This document shows positions 1 to 10,570 of a stretch of DNA of 64,000 nucleotides, piece after piece. Both the position numbers and the translations under genes were made by a program. Each line of letters starts with the position of its first letter. The first letter of the stretch is position 1. The notes beneath the pieces are model-generated. The model did not search any database. It was given only the letters and a program-made list of their open reading frames with translations, and was not told the origin of the DNA. Source of the DNA: an uncultured Acidimicrobiales bacterium (GTDB lineage Bacteria > Actinomycetota > Acidimicrobiia > Acidimicrobiales > SHLQ01); the NCBI GenBank assembly GCA_964390555.1, contig CAYMJU010000086.1, positions 7,661 through 71,660 of the forward strand. The letters are read 5' to 3'.

Positions 1-476
1 TGGACACCACGGCCACCGCTATCGGCTGGGCCGGGTCGCTGCTCGCCGAGCACCCCGAGCAACGGGCGATGCTCGCGGACAACCCCGAGCTCATCCCGCA
101 CGCGGTCGAGGAGATCCTGCGCTTCGAGCCGCCGGCCTACCAGTTCGGGCGGACCCTATCCGAGGACGTGGAGATCCACGGCCATACCGTCCCGAGCGAC
201 AGCATCGTGCTCGTGTTGCCCGGATCGGCGAACCGCGACGACCGGGTGTTCACTCATGGCGACACGTTCGACGTGACCCGGCCGCCCGGGCAGACCTTCA
301 CGTTCTCCTACGGCCCGCACTTCTGCCTCGGCGCGGCGCTGGCCCGGCTCGAGGTGAAAGTAGCCCTGGAAGCTCTGCTGCCGCGGATCCCGGAGTGGGA
401 CGTCGACCACGCCGGAGCGGTGTTGACCGACGGGATCGACACCCGCGGATGGGCGAAGCTCCCCGTGAGGGTCTGA
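1..476 (+). CDS. Cytochrome P450, C-terminal part (gene starts upstream of window)
   Basis: Frame 3 is open from nt 3 (DTTATAIGWAGSLLAEHPEQRAMLADNPE...). Heme-thiolate signature FSYGPHFCLGAALARLE (FxxGxxxCxG). TGA at 474-476. Confidence 0.85.
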   Translation, partial: DTTATAIGWAGSLLAEHPEQRAMLADNPELIPHAVEEILRFEPPAYQFGRTLSEDVEIHGHTVPSDSIVLVLPGSANRDDRVFTHGDTFDVTRPPGQTFTFSYGPHFCLGAALARLEVKVALEALLPRIPEWDVDHAGAVLTDGIDTRGWAKLPVRV

Positions 477-520
477 TCGAACCCCGGCGCGAGCGAGAAC
501 CACGAGAGAGAAGGACCAAC

Positions 521-1474
521 ATGGACGAACTGCGATTCGACGGGCGGGCGGCGATCGTGACCGGCGCCGGGCGCGGGGTGGGGCGCTCGCACGCGCTCGA
601 GCTGGCCCGGCGCGGCGCCCGCGTGGTCGTAGCCGACCTCGGTGGGGCGCTCGACGGCTCGGGGTCGTCTACGGGGCCGGCCGACGAGGTCGTCGCCGAG
701 ATCCGCGCCGCGGGCGGCGAGGCGGTGGCGTGCTGCGCGTCGGTGGCCGACGAGGCGGGAGCGGCATCGATCGTGCAGGCCGCGCTCGACACGTTCGGCC
801 GCATCGACATCGTGGTCAACAACGCCGGTATCGCCGACCCCGACTGGTTCGAGGATCATCCGCTCGAACGGTTCCGGCGCATGATCGACGTCCACTACCT
901 CGGCAGCGTCTACGTGGCCTACGCAGCCTGGCCGCACATGGCGCGGGCCGGCTACGGCCGCATCGTGAACACGACGTCGGAGGCCGTGGTGGGCATGGTC
1001 CCCAAGGCCACCTCCTACGGCGGCGCCAAAGGCGGCGTGCTCGGCTTCACCAAGGCCCTGGCCAACGAGGGGGGCCGGTTCGGCATCCGAGTCAACGCCG
1101 TCGTCCCCCGGGCCAGCACCCGACTCTCGGCCCCGTGGGTCCTCGCCAAGACCTACGACGTCCCCGAGGAGGCGTTCATCAGCAGCGGGAGCATGGACCG
1201 GTTCCCTCCCGAGCAGGTCACCCCCGCCGCTGTGTACCTCGCGCACGAGTCGTGCGCTCTCAACGGCGATCTGTTGACCGCGGGAGGTGGCCAGGTGTTC
1301 CGCATCGCCATGGTGGCCAACGCCGGCATCACCAGGGAGGGCGGCGTCACCCCCGAGGACATCGCCGCCGAGATCGACGTGTTGCTCGACATGTCCGACC
1401 CGCAGGAGTACAAGGCCGAGTCGATGGTCAGCGCGGAGACCAAGGCCGCGCAGGAGAACATCGGCGGCGGCTGA
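521..1474 (+). CDS. Short-chain dehydrogenase/reductase (MFE-2-type 3-hydroxyacyl-CoA dehydrogenase-like)
   Basis: ATG 521 is preceded by GAGAGAGAAGGA. Rossmann motif AIVTGAGRGVGRS, NNAG, and catalytic YGGAK (YxxxK). The ORF-track start at 395 was trimmed as an Arg-rich extension. Confidence 0.85.
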   Translation: MDELRFDGRAAIVTGAGRGVGRSHALELARRGARVVVADLGGALDGSGSSTGPADEVVAEIRAAGGEAVACCASVADEAGAASIVQAALDTFGRIDIVVNNAGIADPDWFEDHPLERFRRMIDVHYLGSVYVAYAAWPHMARAGYGRIVNTTSEAVVGMVPKATSYGGAKGGVLGFTKALANEGGRFGIRVNAVVPRASTRLSAPWVLAKTYDVPEEAFISSGSMDRFPPEQVTPAAVYLAHESCALNGDLLTAGGGQVFRIAMVANAGITREGGVTPEDIAAEIDVLLDMSDPQEYKAESMVSAETKAAQENIGGG

Positions 1475-1512
1475 CCCGGCTCAGGTATCGCCACGGGCAG
1501 AGAGGGAGCGAG

Positions 1513-2739
1513 ATGGAACAGACCTGGACGGGCAAGAAGCCCCGAGTGCTCGACGAGGACACGATCGCCGAGGTGTGCCGCAAGATCGGCATCCCGGTTC
1601 GGTACTCGCAGCGCCAGCACTGCGAGGTGTCGTCGACGGACTCGTTCCGGCACTTCGCCCGCGCCTATGGCGACGGCAACCCGCTCTACAACGACCCCGC
1701 CTATGCAGCCGCGAGCACGTGGGGAGCGCCGATCGCTCCGCCGCTGTACCCGTTCATCTCCGGTGTCGCCCGCCCGGTGGAGCTCACCGAGGCCGAGCGG
1801 GCGATCATCAAGGGCGGCGACCCCCTGGCCGGGATCGGTCAGTACATGGCCGGCGAGCGCTGGATCTTCATGAAGCCGGTTCGAGCCGGCGACGTGCTCG
1901 AGATGTCGCAGACCCTGCACTCGGCCGAGTTGCGACCGAGCGCGTTCGGCGGTGGCACAGGTGCGCTCGTGTCGCACCGGGTGGCGTGGGAGGACGACCA
2001 CGGTTCGCCATACGCCTACCGCTTCCTCGACTTCTGGCACGCCGACCGGGAGAGGTCGCGCGAGGCGGGGAAGAACCGCGAGATCGACCGTCCCAACTAC
2101 AGCGACGACGACATCGAGCGCTACGACGCCATGTACGCGGCCGAGGAGATCCGGGGAGCCGAGCCCCGCCGGGCCGGAGACGTAGCCGTGGGGGACACCC
2201 TGGGGCCGATCGCCAAGGGTCCGCTCAGCGTCACCGACATCATCTGCTGGCACGCCGGTGTGGGGTGGGGCATGTACGGCGGCGGCACGTCGAAGCTGGG
2301 CTACGTCAACCGCAAGCGCGTACCGAAGTTCTATCTCAAGAACGAGTTCGGCTTCTGGGACTCGGCGCAGCGGTGCCACTGGGACGACGAGTGGGCCCAA
2401 CGAATCGGCCACCCCGGCGCGTACGACTACGGCGTGATGCGCAGCAACTGGATGGTCCACCTCGTCACCAACTGGATGGGCGACGACGCCTGGGTGTGGA
2501 AGATGACGGCTCGCCAGCGCAAGTTCAACTACCTCGGCGACGCCCACGTCATCTCCGGCGTGGTGCGTGAGGTCGATCGGGTCGCGAGCACGGTGACCAT
2601 CGACGTGACCGGCGTGAACCAGCGGGGCGAGGCCACCTGCGACGCCCGGATGGTGGTGATCCTGCCGCCACCGGAGGGCGGGCCGGCCCGGATCCCGGAG
2701 TACGACCCCGACCAGGTGCCGGAGGCATCAGCCCCGTGA
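1513..2739 (+). CDS. Two-domain hotdog-fold acyl dehydratase (MaoC-like), tentative
   Basis: ATG 1513 follows GAGGGAG. The 408-aa product has strongly GC-rich third positions and sits between an MFE-2-like SDR and a CoA-transferase. Its stop overlaps the next start (GTGA). The family call is from overall resemblance; no diagnostic motif was verified. Confidence 0.6.
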   Translation: MEQTWTGKKPRVLDEDTIAEVCRKIGIPVRYSQRQHCEVSSTDSFRHFARAYGDGNPLYNDPAYAAASTWGAPIAPPLYPFISGVARPVELTEAERAIIKGGDPLAGIGQYMAGERWIFMKPVRAGDVLEMSQTLHSAELRPSAFGGGTGALVSHRVAWEDDHGSPYAYRFLDFWHADRERSREAGKNREIDRPNYSDDDIERYDAMYAAEEIRGAEPRRAGDVAVGDTLGPIAKGPLSVTDIICWHAGVGWGMYGGGTSKLGYVNRKRVPKFYLKNEFGFWDSAQRCHWDDEWAQRIGHPGAYDYGVMRSNWMVHLVTNWMGDDAWVWKMTARQRKFNYLGDAHVISGVVREVDRVASTVTIDVTGVNQRGEATCDARMVVILPPPEGGPARIPEYDPDQVPEASAP

Positions 2740-5039
2740 GCGCGGTACCTCCACGTCCAGGGCCCGCGGGACCGGGGCCACCTGGTCCAGGGGCTCGTCC
2801 GGGGCCTCGACGCGTCACGTTCCTCGCCGGCGTCCGGGCCCTCGAACTGGGCGACGGTGTGGCGGGATCGGCCGCGACCAGCGTCCTGTGGGCGCTCGGC
2901 GCCGAGGTCACGACCGTGATCGATCCCGCGAGCCCGCACCGGCGGGGCCGGCCCGCCGCGGGAGCCCGCGGCGCGAGTCTGCTCCCGGCCGCGCTGGACC
3001 GGGGCAAGGCCCTCGTGCGCGGCGTCGACGACCTCGCCGGCATCGAGGCGCTGATCGGGTCGGGAGCCGACGGCGCGCCCTTCGACGTGGTGGTCGTGGA
3101 TCGTGTCGGCGCTCTCGGTGGCGCGCTCGGCCCCCTTGCCGACCTCGACGCGTACGTGCAGCTCGTCGAGAGGTGCAACGGCCGGGCGTGGGTGACGATC
3201 AGCGCGTTCGGGCTCACCGGAGGTCGCGGGGCCGACCCGGCGACCGAGCTCACGGTGGCGGCGGCCAGCGGCATGCTCTCCGCGGTGCGCGACCCAGCCA
3301 CCGGCCGTCCGCTCAAGCTCGGCGGGCAGCAGTCGCTGCTCAACACCGGGCAGGCCGCCGCGCTCGCGGCGTGCCACGCCCTCGATCTCGCCGCCGAAGC
3401 CGCGCCGGTTCACCTCGACCTCGCCGCGGTCGAGGCGACCCTCGCCATGGGTCCGGTGCTCGAGGTCGGCGGCCTGTTGCTCCAGACCGGCGGGGCGGGA
3501 GGGGCGAAGCGCTACGGCGCCCCGGCCAGCTTCTATGAGTGCTCCGACGGCCACGTGCGGATCTCGGCGATGGAGAACCACCAGTGGCAGGGCGTGGTTG
3601 CCGCCATGGGCTCGCCGGCGTGGACCGCACGCTTCGCCACGGTCGAGGCACGCATCGAAGACCCCGACGAGATCGATCGTCAGGTCGAGGCGTGGACAGG
3701 GCAGCGGACCAAACGCGACGCCGAATCGGTTCTCCAGGCCAACGGCGTGCCGGCCTCGGCCGTCTACGCACCGACGGAGATCCTCGACTCACCACAGTTG
3801 CGGTTCCGCGACGCCTTCGAGCCCTTGCTGATCGGGGGTGAGGTGGCCACGGTGGTGGGTCTACCGTTCCGGGTGGTCGGCCGCGGCGAGGGCGCCGGCG
3901 GTCATCGACATCGCTCGTTGCGCGGACTGCGCCTGCTCGAGGCCAGCCGGGTGCTCGCCGTGCCGCTCGCCGGGGCGATCCTCGGTGCGCTGGGTGCCGA
4001 CGTCACCAAGCTCGAGGACCTGCCCCGGCTCGACATGTACCGGCGCCGCGGTCCCTACATCGACGGCTCGGCGGGCGAGGAGCAGTCTGCGTACTTCGCG
4101 TTGATGAACCACTCGAAGCGCAGCGCGGCCTTCGACGTCGACGCCGACCGGGATCGTCTGCACGCCCTGCTCGACTCGTCCGACGTGGTCATCGAGAACC
4201 TGGGCCGCAAGCGGGCCATCAGCCTCGGCGTCGCGCCGGCCGTGCTTCCGGGCACCCATCCCGCTGTGCTGTCGGTCAGCTCGTCGGGCTTTGGCCAAGA
4301 CGGTCCGCACGCCGAGTTCCGGGCCTACGCCTACAACCTCCAGGCGTCGGGGGGGCTGGGCTACCTCACGCGCAACGATCGGGGCGAAGGGGCCGAGATC
4401 GACATCGCCTGGGCCGATCTGATCTCCGCCTATTCCCTGGCCACGATCATCGCCGCCTGGGCCGTGGGTCCGTCGGGGAACCCCGGGGCCGGGCTCGACT
4501 TCTCGATGATCGACCTGGTGGTGTCGCACTTCAACGAGTACCTGGCCGCGGCGAGCCTCGACGCCGGGTCGGACCGGTCGCTCGACCGGGCCAACGAGCT
4601 GGCGCCCTACGCGCCTCACGGGGTGTACCGCGCCGGCGAGGGCTGGGTGGCGATCGCCGTCGACGGCGACGACCAGTTCGCCGCGCTCACCGCGGTGCTG
4701 GCGCATCCGGGCCTCGGCGATACGGCGTACGCGCACGTCGACGGACGGTCGACGCATCGTGCCCGACTCGACTCGCTCATCGACGAGGCGGCCGGCCCCC
4801 GTTCGGCGGCGACGCTCGCGGCCGAGCTCCGCACCGCTGGGGTATGGGCCGAGGCGGTGGAAACGCCGTCCTCGCTGCTCGACAGCCCGACGCTGGTCGA
4901 GCGTGGCTTCTTCGTGCCCGTCGACCACCACGACTGGGGCCGGCGTCGCTTGGTCGGTCTGCCCTGGCGACGATACGGCGGCCCGCCCTTGCCCCTAACG
5001 GCTGCGCCCCGGCTCGGCGAGGAGCGTCGGACACAATGA
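2736..5039 (+). CDS. Tandem-fused family III (CaiB/BaiF) CoA-transferase, 767 aa
   Basis: There are two CaiB/BaiF-like N-terminal nucleotide-fold motifs, about 360 aa apart. One is VRALELGDGVAGSAATSVLWALGAEV near aa 33. The other is LRLLEASRVLAVPLAGAILGALGADVTKLED near aa 395. GTG 2736 overlaps the upstream TGA. Confidence 0.8.
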   Translation: MSAVPPRPGPAGPGPPGPGARPGPRRVTFLAGVRALELGDGVAGSAATSVLWALGAEVTTVIDPASPHRRGRPAAGARGASLLPAALDRGKALVRGVDDLAGIEALIGSGADGAPFDVVVVDRVGALGGALGPLADLDAYVQLVERCNGRAWVTISAFGLTGGRGADPATELTVAAASGMLSAVRDPATGRPLKLGGQQSLLNTGQAAALAACHALDLAAEAAPVHLDLAAVEATLAMGPVLEVGGLLLQTGGAGGAKRYGAPASFYECSDGHVRISAMENHQWQGVVAAMGSPAWTARFATVEARIEDPDEIDRQVEAWTGQRTKRDAESVLQANGVPASAVYAPTEILDSPQLRFRDAFEPLLIGGEVATVVGLPFRVVGRGEGAGGHRHRSLRGLRLLEASRVLAVPLAGAILGALGADVTKLEDLPRLDMYRRRGPYIDGSAGEEQSAYFALMNHSKRSAAFDVDADRDRLHALLDSSDVVIENLGRKRAISLGVAPAVLPGTHPAVLSVSSSGFGQDGPHAEFRAYAYNLQASGGLGYLTRNDRGEGAEIDIAWADLISAYSLATIIAAWAVGPSGNPGAGLDFSMIDLVVSHFNEYLAAASLDAGSDRSLDRANELAPYAPHGVYRAGEGWVAIAVDGDDQFAALTAVLAHPGLGDTAYAHVDGRSTHRARLDSLIDEAAGPRSAATLAAELRTAGVWAEAVETPSSLLDSPTLVERGFFVPVDHHDWGRRRLVGLPWRRYGGPPLPLTAAPRLGEERRTQ

Positions 5040-5100
5040 CTCGCGAACCTGGCGCGAGTTTGGCGCTTCTACGACCCAACTCGCGCCAGGTTCGTCGCGA
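5040..5100. terminator. Long intercistronic stem-loop (terminator/attenuator or REP-like)
   Basis: TCGCGAACCTGGCGCGAGTT (5041-5060) pairs with AACTCGCGCCAGGTTCG-T-CGCGA (5078-5100). This gives a 17-bp perfect stem plus 5 bp after a 1-nt bulge, with a 17-nt loop. It starts 1 nt after the stop codon and has no T-tract. Confidence 0.4.
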
Positions 5101-5123
5101 GGAGCTAGCGATGGAGGTCTGAC

Positions 5124-6050
5124 ATGGGATATCTGGATGGCAAGGTCGTCGTCGTCACGGGCGGGGGGCGTGGGATCGGGCGGGCCACTGCGCTGGCCGC
5201 GGGTGCCGAAGGTGCGCAGGTGGTCGTCGCCGACTACGGCGGGGCCGTCGATCGCCGCGCCGGTGCGTCACCCGATGCGGCGCAGGCCGTGGTCGCCGAG
5301 ATCGTCGCCGCCGGCGGGCGAGCCACCGCTGCTGGCGAGGACGTATCGAGCCTCGACGGTTGCCGGCGGATCATCGCCACCGCCGTCGACGGCTACGGAC
5401 GGCTCGACGGGATCGCCTGCTTCGCCGGCATCACGGTCACGAAGTACCTGTGGGAGCTCGACGAGAGCGACTGGGACGACGTGATCGGCGTGCACCTCAA
5501 GGGGCACTTCGGCTGTGCCCAGGCTGCGGCCCGACAGATGATGGAGCAGGGGAGCGGCAGCCTGGTCTTCATCGGGAGCGGCGCCATGAACGGCACCCCC
5601 AACATGCCGAGCTACGCGACCGCCAAGGCCGGGATCCTCGGGCTGACGTGGAGCACCGCGTACGCCCTCGAGCGGTTCGGCATCCGCACCAACTGCGTGG
5701 TCCCCAGCGCCGCAACCCGCATGTCCGACAGCATCTACGGCAACGCCGAGATGCTTTCGGATCAGGTGGGGGAGACGATCCGGAGCGACCTGGCTGCAGG
5801 TACCTACCGCGATCCCGCCAACATCGCACCGCTCGTGCTCTATCTGTTCGGCGACAAGTCCGTGGGCATCAACGGTCAGGTGTTTCGCGCCCAGGGTTAC
5901 GACGTGGCCCGGCTCGGCGGTCTGGCGTGGGACAAGACGATGTCGAACGATGGTCCGTGGGACCTCGCGTCCCTCTCCGTGCGGTTGCCCCAGGAGCTCG
6001 GACCGACGCTCACGCCGCGGCCCGTTCCCTGGCCGGAACGGCCACGATGA
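5124..6050 (+). CDS. Short-chain dehydrogenase/reductase
   Basis: SD GGAGG lies 6 nt upstream of ATG 5124. Motifs: VVVVTGGGRGIGRAT and YATAKAG (YxxxK). Confidence 0.85.
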   Translation: MGYLDGKVVVVTGGGRGIGRATALAAGAEGAQVVVADYGGAVDRRAGASPDAAQAVVAEIVAAGGRATAAGEDVSSLDGCRRIIATAVDGYGRLDGIACFAGITVTKYLWELDESDWDDVIGVHLKGHFGCAQAAARQMMEQGSGSLVFIGSGAMNGTPNMPSYATAKAGILGLTWSTAYALERFGIRTNCVVPSAATRMSDSIYGNAEMLSDQVGETIRSDLAAGTYRDPANIAPLVLYLFGDKSVGINGQVFRAQGYDVARLGGLAWDKTMSNDGPWDLASLSVRLPQELGPTLTPRPVPWPERPR

Positions 6051-6080
6051 CTGGCGCCGGAACGGCCGCGATGACTGGCC
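6033..6080. repeat. 24-bp tandem duplication spanning the SDR stop codon
   Basis: CCGGAACGGCCACGATGACTGGCG (6033-6056) is followed by CCGGAACGGCCGCGATGACTGGCC (6057-6080). 22/24 positions are identical. The SDR TGA (6048-6050) lies in copy 1. Confidence 0.8.
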
Positions 6081-6162
6081 GGCGCGTCATGGCGCCCGAT
6101 TGCGGCCCGGCGCCCAAGCTGACAGTCTGCTGTCGCATTGTCGAAGGCTCGGGGGTACGCCC

Positions 6163-6947
6163 ATGACGGGCACGACGCAGGACGCGGAGCTCAAGGTCGA
6201 GCGGCTCGGTCGCGTGCTGGTCGTGACGATCGATCGCCAGGCGCGGATGAACGCGCTCAGCCAGGAGGTCAAGGCCGGCCTGGCCGAGACCTGGGCCACG
6301 CTGACCGGCGACCGCGACATCCGCGCGATCGTGATAACCGGCGCAGGCGACCGGGCCTTTTGCACCGGCATGGATCTCAAGGCCCACGCCGAGCGGGGCG
6401 GACCACCGCCGGCCAAGGCCGACGTCCACGAGGAGATGCGGATCACCCCGCTGAACTGCGACGTGTGGCTCCCCACCATCGTCGCGGTCAACGGCGTGTG
6501 CACTGGAGCCGGCCTGCACTTCGTGGCCGATGCCGACATCGTGGTGGCGTCGTCGAGGGCCTCGTTCATCGACACGCACGTCAGCGTCGGGCAGGTCACC
6601 GCCCTTGAACCGATCTCGTTGCTTCCCCGCATCGGTCTCGGCAACGCCCTCCGCTTCGCCGTGCTCGGCCGGCACGGTCGGATCGGCGCCGACGAAGCCC
6701 TTCGCATCTCGCTCGTGGACGAGGTGGTCGAGCCCGACCGCCTGCTCGAACGTGCGGTGGAGCTCGCGGAGCTGGCTGCCTCGGGGTCGCCGGTAGCCAT
6801 CGAGGCCTCGAAACGAGCCATTCGCGATTCGCTCGACCGACCGATGGCGCAGGCCATGCAGCACGGGTGGGAGCTCCTGCTCGCCCATCGCTCGCACCCT
6901 GACAGCACCGAGGGACCGCGCTCATTCGCCGAGAAACGGGAGGCGCA

Positions 6948-6957
<10 letters not shown>
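6163..6957 (+). CDS. Enoyl-CoA hydratase/isomerase (crotonase) family
   Basis: ATG 6163 opens MTGTTQDAELKVERLGRVLVVTIDRQARMNAL. The oxyanion-hole region is ITGAGDRAFCTGMDL. The ORF-track start at 5950 was trimmed. Confidence 0.85.
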
Positions 6958-8203
<1,246 letters not shown>

Positions 8204-8207
<4 letters not shown>

Positions 8208-9775
8208 CCGGCGCCGCCGCCGAGGACGAGAGTCCGGGCAGCCTGGTCGAGATCGCGGTCCGCCGGGCGCGCCACGACCCGGACACACCGATGCTCGTCA
8301 CCGTCGACGGTCCGGAACCCGATCCCGTCGTCTTGCACACCTACGGTGAAGTCCTCGGCCGCGCCGCCGTCGTGGCCGCGGTGTTGGCCGCCGCCGGGGT
8401 GCGGGCCGGTGACCGGATCGGGTGCTACCTCGACAACACGCCGAGCTGGGTGGTGGCGTCGCTCGCGGCGTGGATGAACGGTGCTGCCGTGGCCGCCGCA
8501 GGCACGCTCATGCCGGCCCCCGAGGCCGCGGGACTGTTCTCCATGGCCGAGGCGACCGTCGTGGTCGCCCTCGACTCGGCACCCGATCTTCCGTCGACGT
8601 TCCGGGTGATCCGGATCGACTCGTCCGGGCGAGGCCCCGGCGATCTCTCCGCGGCAGCCGGGAGCGGCGACGTGGCGGTCACCCTTCCGGATCCCGAGGC
8701 GCTGGCCGTCGCCATCTTCACCTCGGGGACGACCGGTCGACCCAAAGGGGTCACCCACACCCACCGCGACCTCGTGGTGGCCGCGGCACGCGTCGCCGCG
8801 GGCTACTCGAAGAACAGCGGGTACCGCCCCGAGCCGGCGCCGGCCCGACTACCGCCCGGTGTGCTGTTCAACCCCTACGGGCACATGGCGGGGTACGGCC
8901 GTCTCGCTTTTCGCATGTGGACCGGGCGGGCCCTGGCGATCGTGCCCCGGTTCTCGCCCGAGGCGGCCCACACGTTGCTCCAGCGCTTCGACCTCGACAC
9001 CTTGCAGCTCAGCCCGACGATGATCCACATGCTGGCCACGTCGGAACTGCCGCTCGACCTCGGCACGGTGAAGTACGTGACGTCGGGGACCGCACCGCTG
9101 CCGGTCGCCACCCGGGACCTGTTCGAGCGCCGTTTCGGCGCGCCGGTCATGCAGGCCTACGGGATGAGCGAGATCGGCGCCGTGGCCCAGGAACGCTACG
9201 ACGATGTCGTGGCCGGCCGGCGGGGTCCGGGATCGGTCGGCCGCCTCGCCGCCGGTGTGGAGGTGCGCTTCCGGCACCTCGACGACGACCGGCCCGAGGG
9301 CGAGGGCGAGATCCTCGTGCGGACCGACGAGGCGTCCAAGGAGTTCATCGGCGGCGCTCCGGTGCCCGTCGACGACGACGGTTGGTTCGAGACCGGCGAC
9401 GTGGGACGCCTCGACGACGACATCTTGTACATCACCGGTCGCGTGCACGAGAAGATCATCGTCGGCGGGTTCAACGTCTACCCCGCCGAGGTGGAAGACG
9501 CCGCCCGCCGGTCGTCATCGGTGCTCGACGTCGTGGTGGTGGGGGTGCCCGACGAGCGTCTCGGCGAGTGTCCGGTGGCCGGCGTGGTGTGGGAGGGGGA
9601 GCCCGACGAGGCAGGGCTGATCGCCCAGCTCCGAGGCGAGCTGGCGGCCTACAAGGTGCCCCGCCGCACCTTCGCCCTCACGAATGTTCCGCTCACGGCT
9701 CGCGACAAGGTCGACCGCGCCGAGTCGATGCGACTGGCGCAGCGAGCCCTCGGCGTCGGCGACACCCAGGTTTGA
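8204..9775 (+). CDS. Acyl-CoA synthetase (AMP-dependent ligase)
   Basis: ATG 8204 overlaps the upstream TGA (ATGA). AMP-binding motif IFTSGTTGRPKGVTHTH. C-terminal GWFETGDVGRLD...YITGRVHEKI. Confidence 0.9.
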
Positions 9776-9788
9776 TCCGGCGCTCGGA

Positions 9789-10445
9789 TCAGGATTGGCC
9801 GCGCGCGGCCTTGCGGTCCGGCCGGCCCGAACCCGTGCCGGCCGAGAGCGTGACGAGTAGATCGAATTCGTCGTGGATCACGTCGGCCAGGTCGAAGCTG
9901 GCCGGACCGGCGAGCCAGCGGTTCAGCGCGCGCCGGTAGGTGACGAGAGCGACGGCGGCGAAGAGCGAACACCCCTCGTCGGGCGAGACCAGACCGCGCC
10001 GGGCGGCCACCGCGTCGGCCAGGGTGCCGATGTTCTCGGCGATGTGGTCCTGGACCCGGCCCCGGAGCGTGGGCGACGTTGCGACCGCTTTGTCGTACAG
10101 GCGCAGCGATCTCCGCCCCGACGAGATGCCGGGGGCCGACGACACCAGCGCATCGCGCATGGCGTCGACGTCGCCTACCGAGGCCGGTTGGGCGAGATAC
10201 TGCTTCGTGAAGGACTGGATCCATCCGTACTCGCCGACGAACAGCACCGACTCCTTGGTGGGGAAGTACCGGAAGAAGGTCCGTGGCGAGACGCCCGCCC
10301 GCTCGGCGATCTCGTCGGTCGTGGTGGTGTCGTAGCCGAAGGTCGCGAACAGCTCGAGCGCCGCCTTCTGCAGGGCGCGCTCGGTCCGCAGCTTGTGCTG
10401 CTGGCGGCGCCCCTCGGGTTGGATCGTCGCGACATCATCGGCCAT
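9789..10445 (-). CDS. TetR family transcriptional regulator (TetR-1)
   Basis: HTH region ALELFATFGYDTTTTDEIAERAGVSPRTFFRYFPTKESVLF. The preferred start is ATG at 10445 (MADDVATIQ...). The ORF track begins 3 codons earlier on TTG 10454. Confidence 0.85.
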   Translation of the reverse strand: MADDVATIQPEGRRQQHKLRTERALQKAALELFATFGYDTTTTDEIAERAGVSPRTFFRYFPTKESVLFVGEYGWIQSFTKQYLAQPASVGDVDAMRDALVSSAPGISSGRRSLRLYDKAVATSPTLRGRVQDHIAENIGTLADAVAARRGLVSPDEGCSLFAAVALVTYRRALNRWLAGPASFDLADVIHDEFDLLVTLSAGTGSGRPDRKAARGQS

Positions 10446-10497
10446 CGCAAGCAACGATACCGGCCGACAGGGGTCCAGGGTGTGGGCCCGGATCCGC

Positions 10498-10527
10498 TTG
10501 ACAGCTTTCCGAGCCGCCTCCTATTCT
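10498..10527 (+). promoter_or_regulatory. Sigma-A-type promoter TTGACA-N18-TATTCT reading toward the ParB-like gene
   Basis: TTGACA at 10498-10503 and TATTCT (TAnnnT) at 10522-10527, with an 18-nt spacer. It lies in the TetR-1/ParB-like divergent region. Confidence 0.55.
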
Positions 10528-10542
10528 GACAGTCGAGTGTCA
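10527..10542. promoter_or_regulatory. Palindromic operator candidate TGACA-N6-TGTCA (copy 1)
   Basis: TGACAGTCGAGTGTCA has perfect 5-bp inverted arms. It overlaps the -10 and predicted TSS of the adjacent promoter. Related copies are at 21544-21559 and 23629-23644. Confidence 0.55.
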
Positions 10543-10570
10543 CTTGGGGGTTTGGTGTCGCAGGCCGAGG

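Noticed and set aside
730-1512. N-terminal extensions of many track ORFs. Examples: 730, 395, 5950, 8042, 10393, 12366, 13846, 15226, 18789, 23080, 39506, 40000, 46364, 49195 and 53916 on +; 20186, 22404, 23634, 37642, 43273 and 53492 on -.
   Set aside because: The extensions overlap the preceding gene, are Arg-rich, and precede a start codon with an SD or a start/stop overlap. The recognisable domain begins at that later start, so coordinates were trimmed accordingly.
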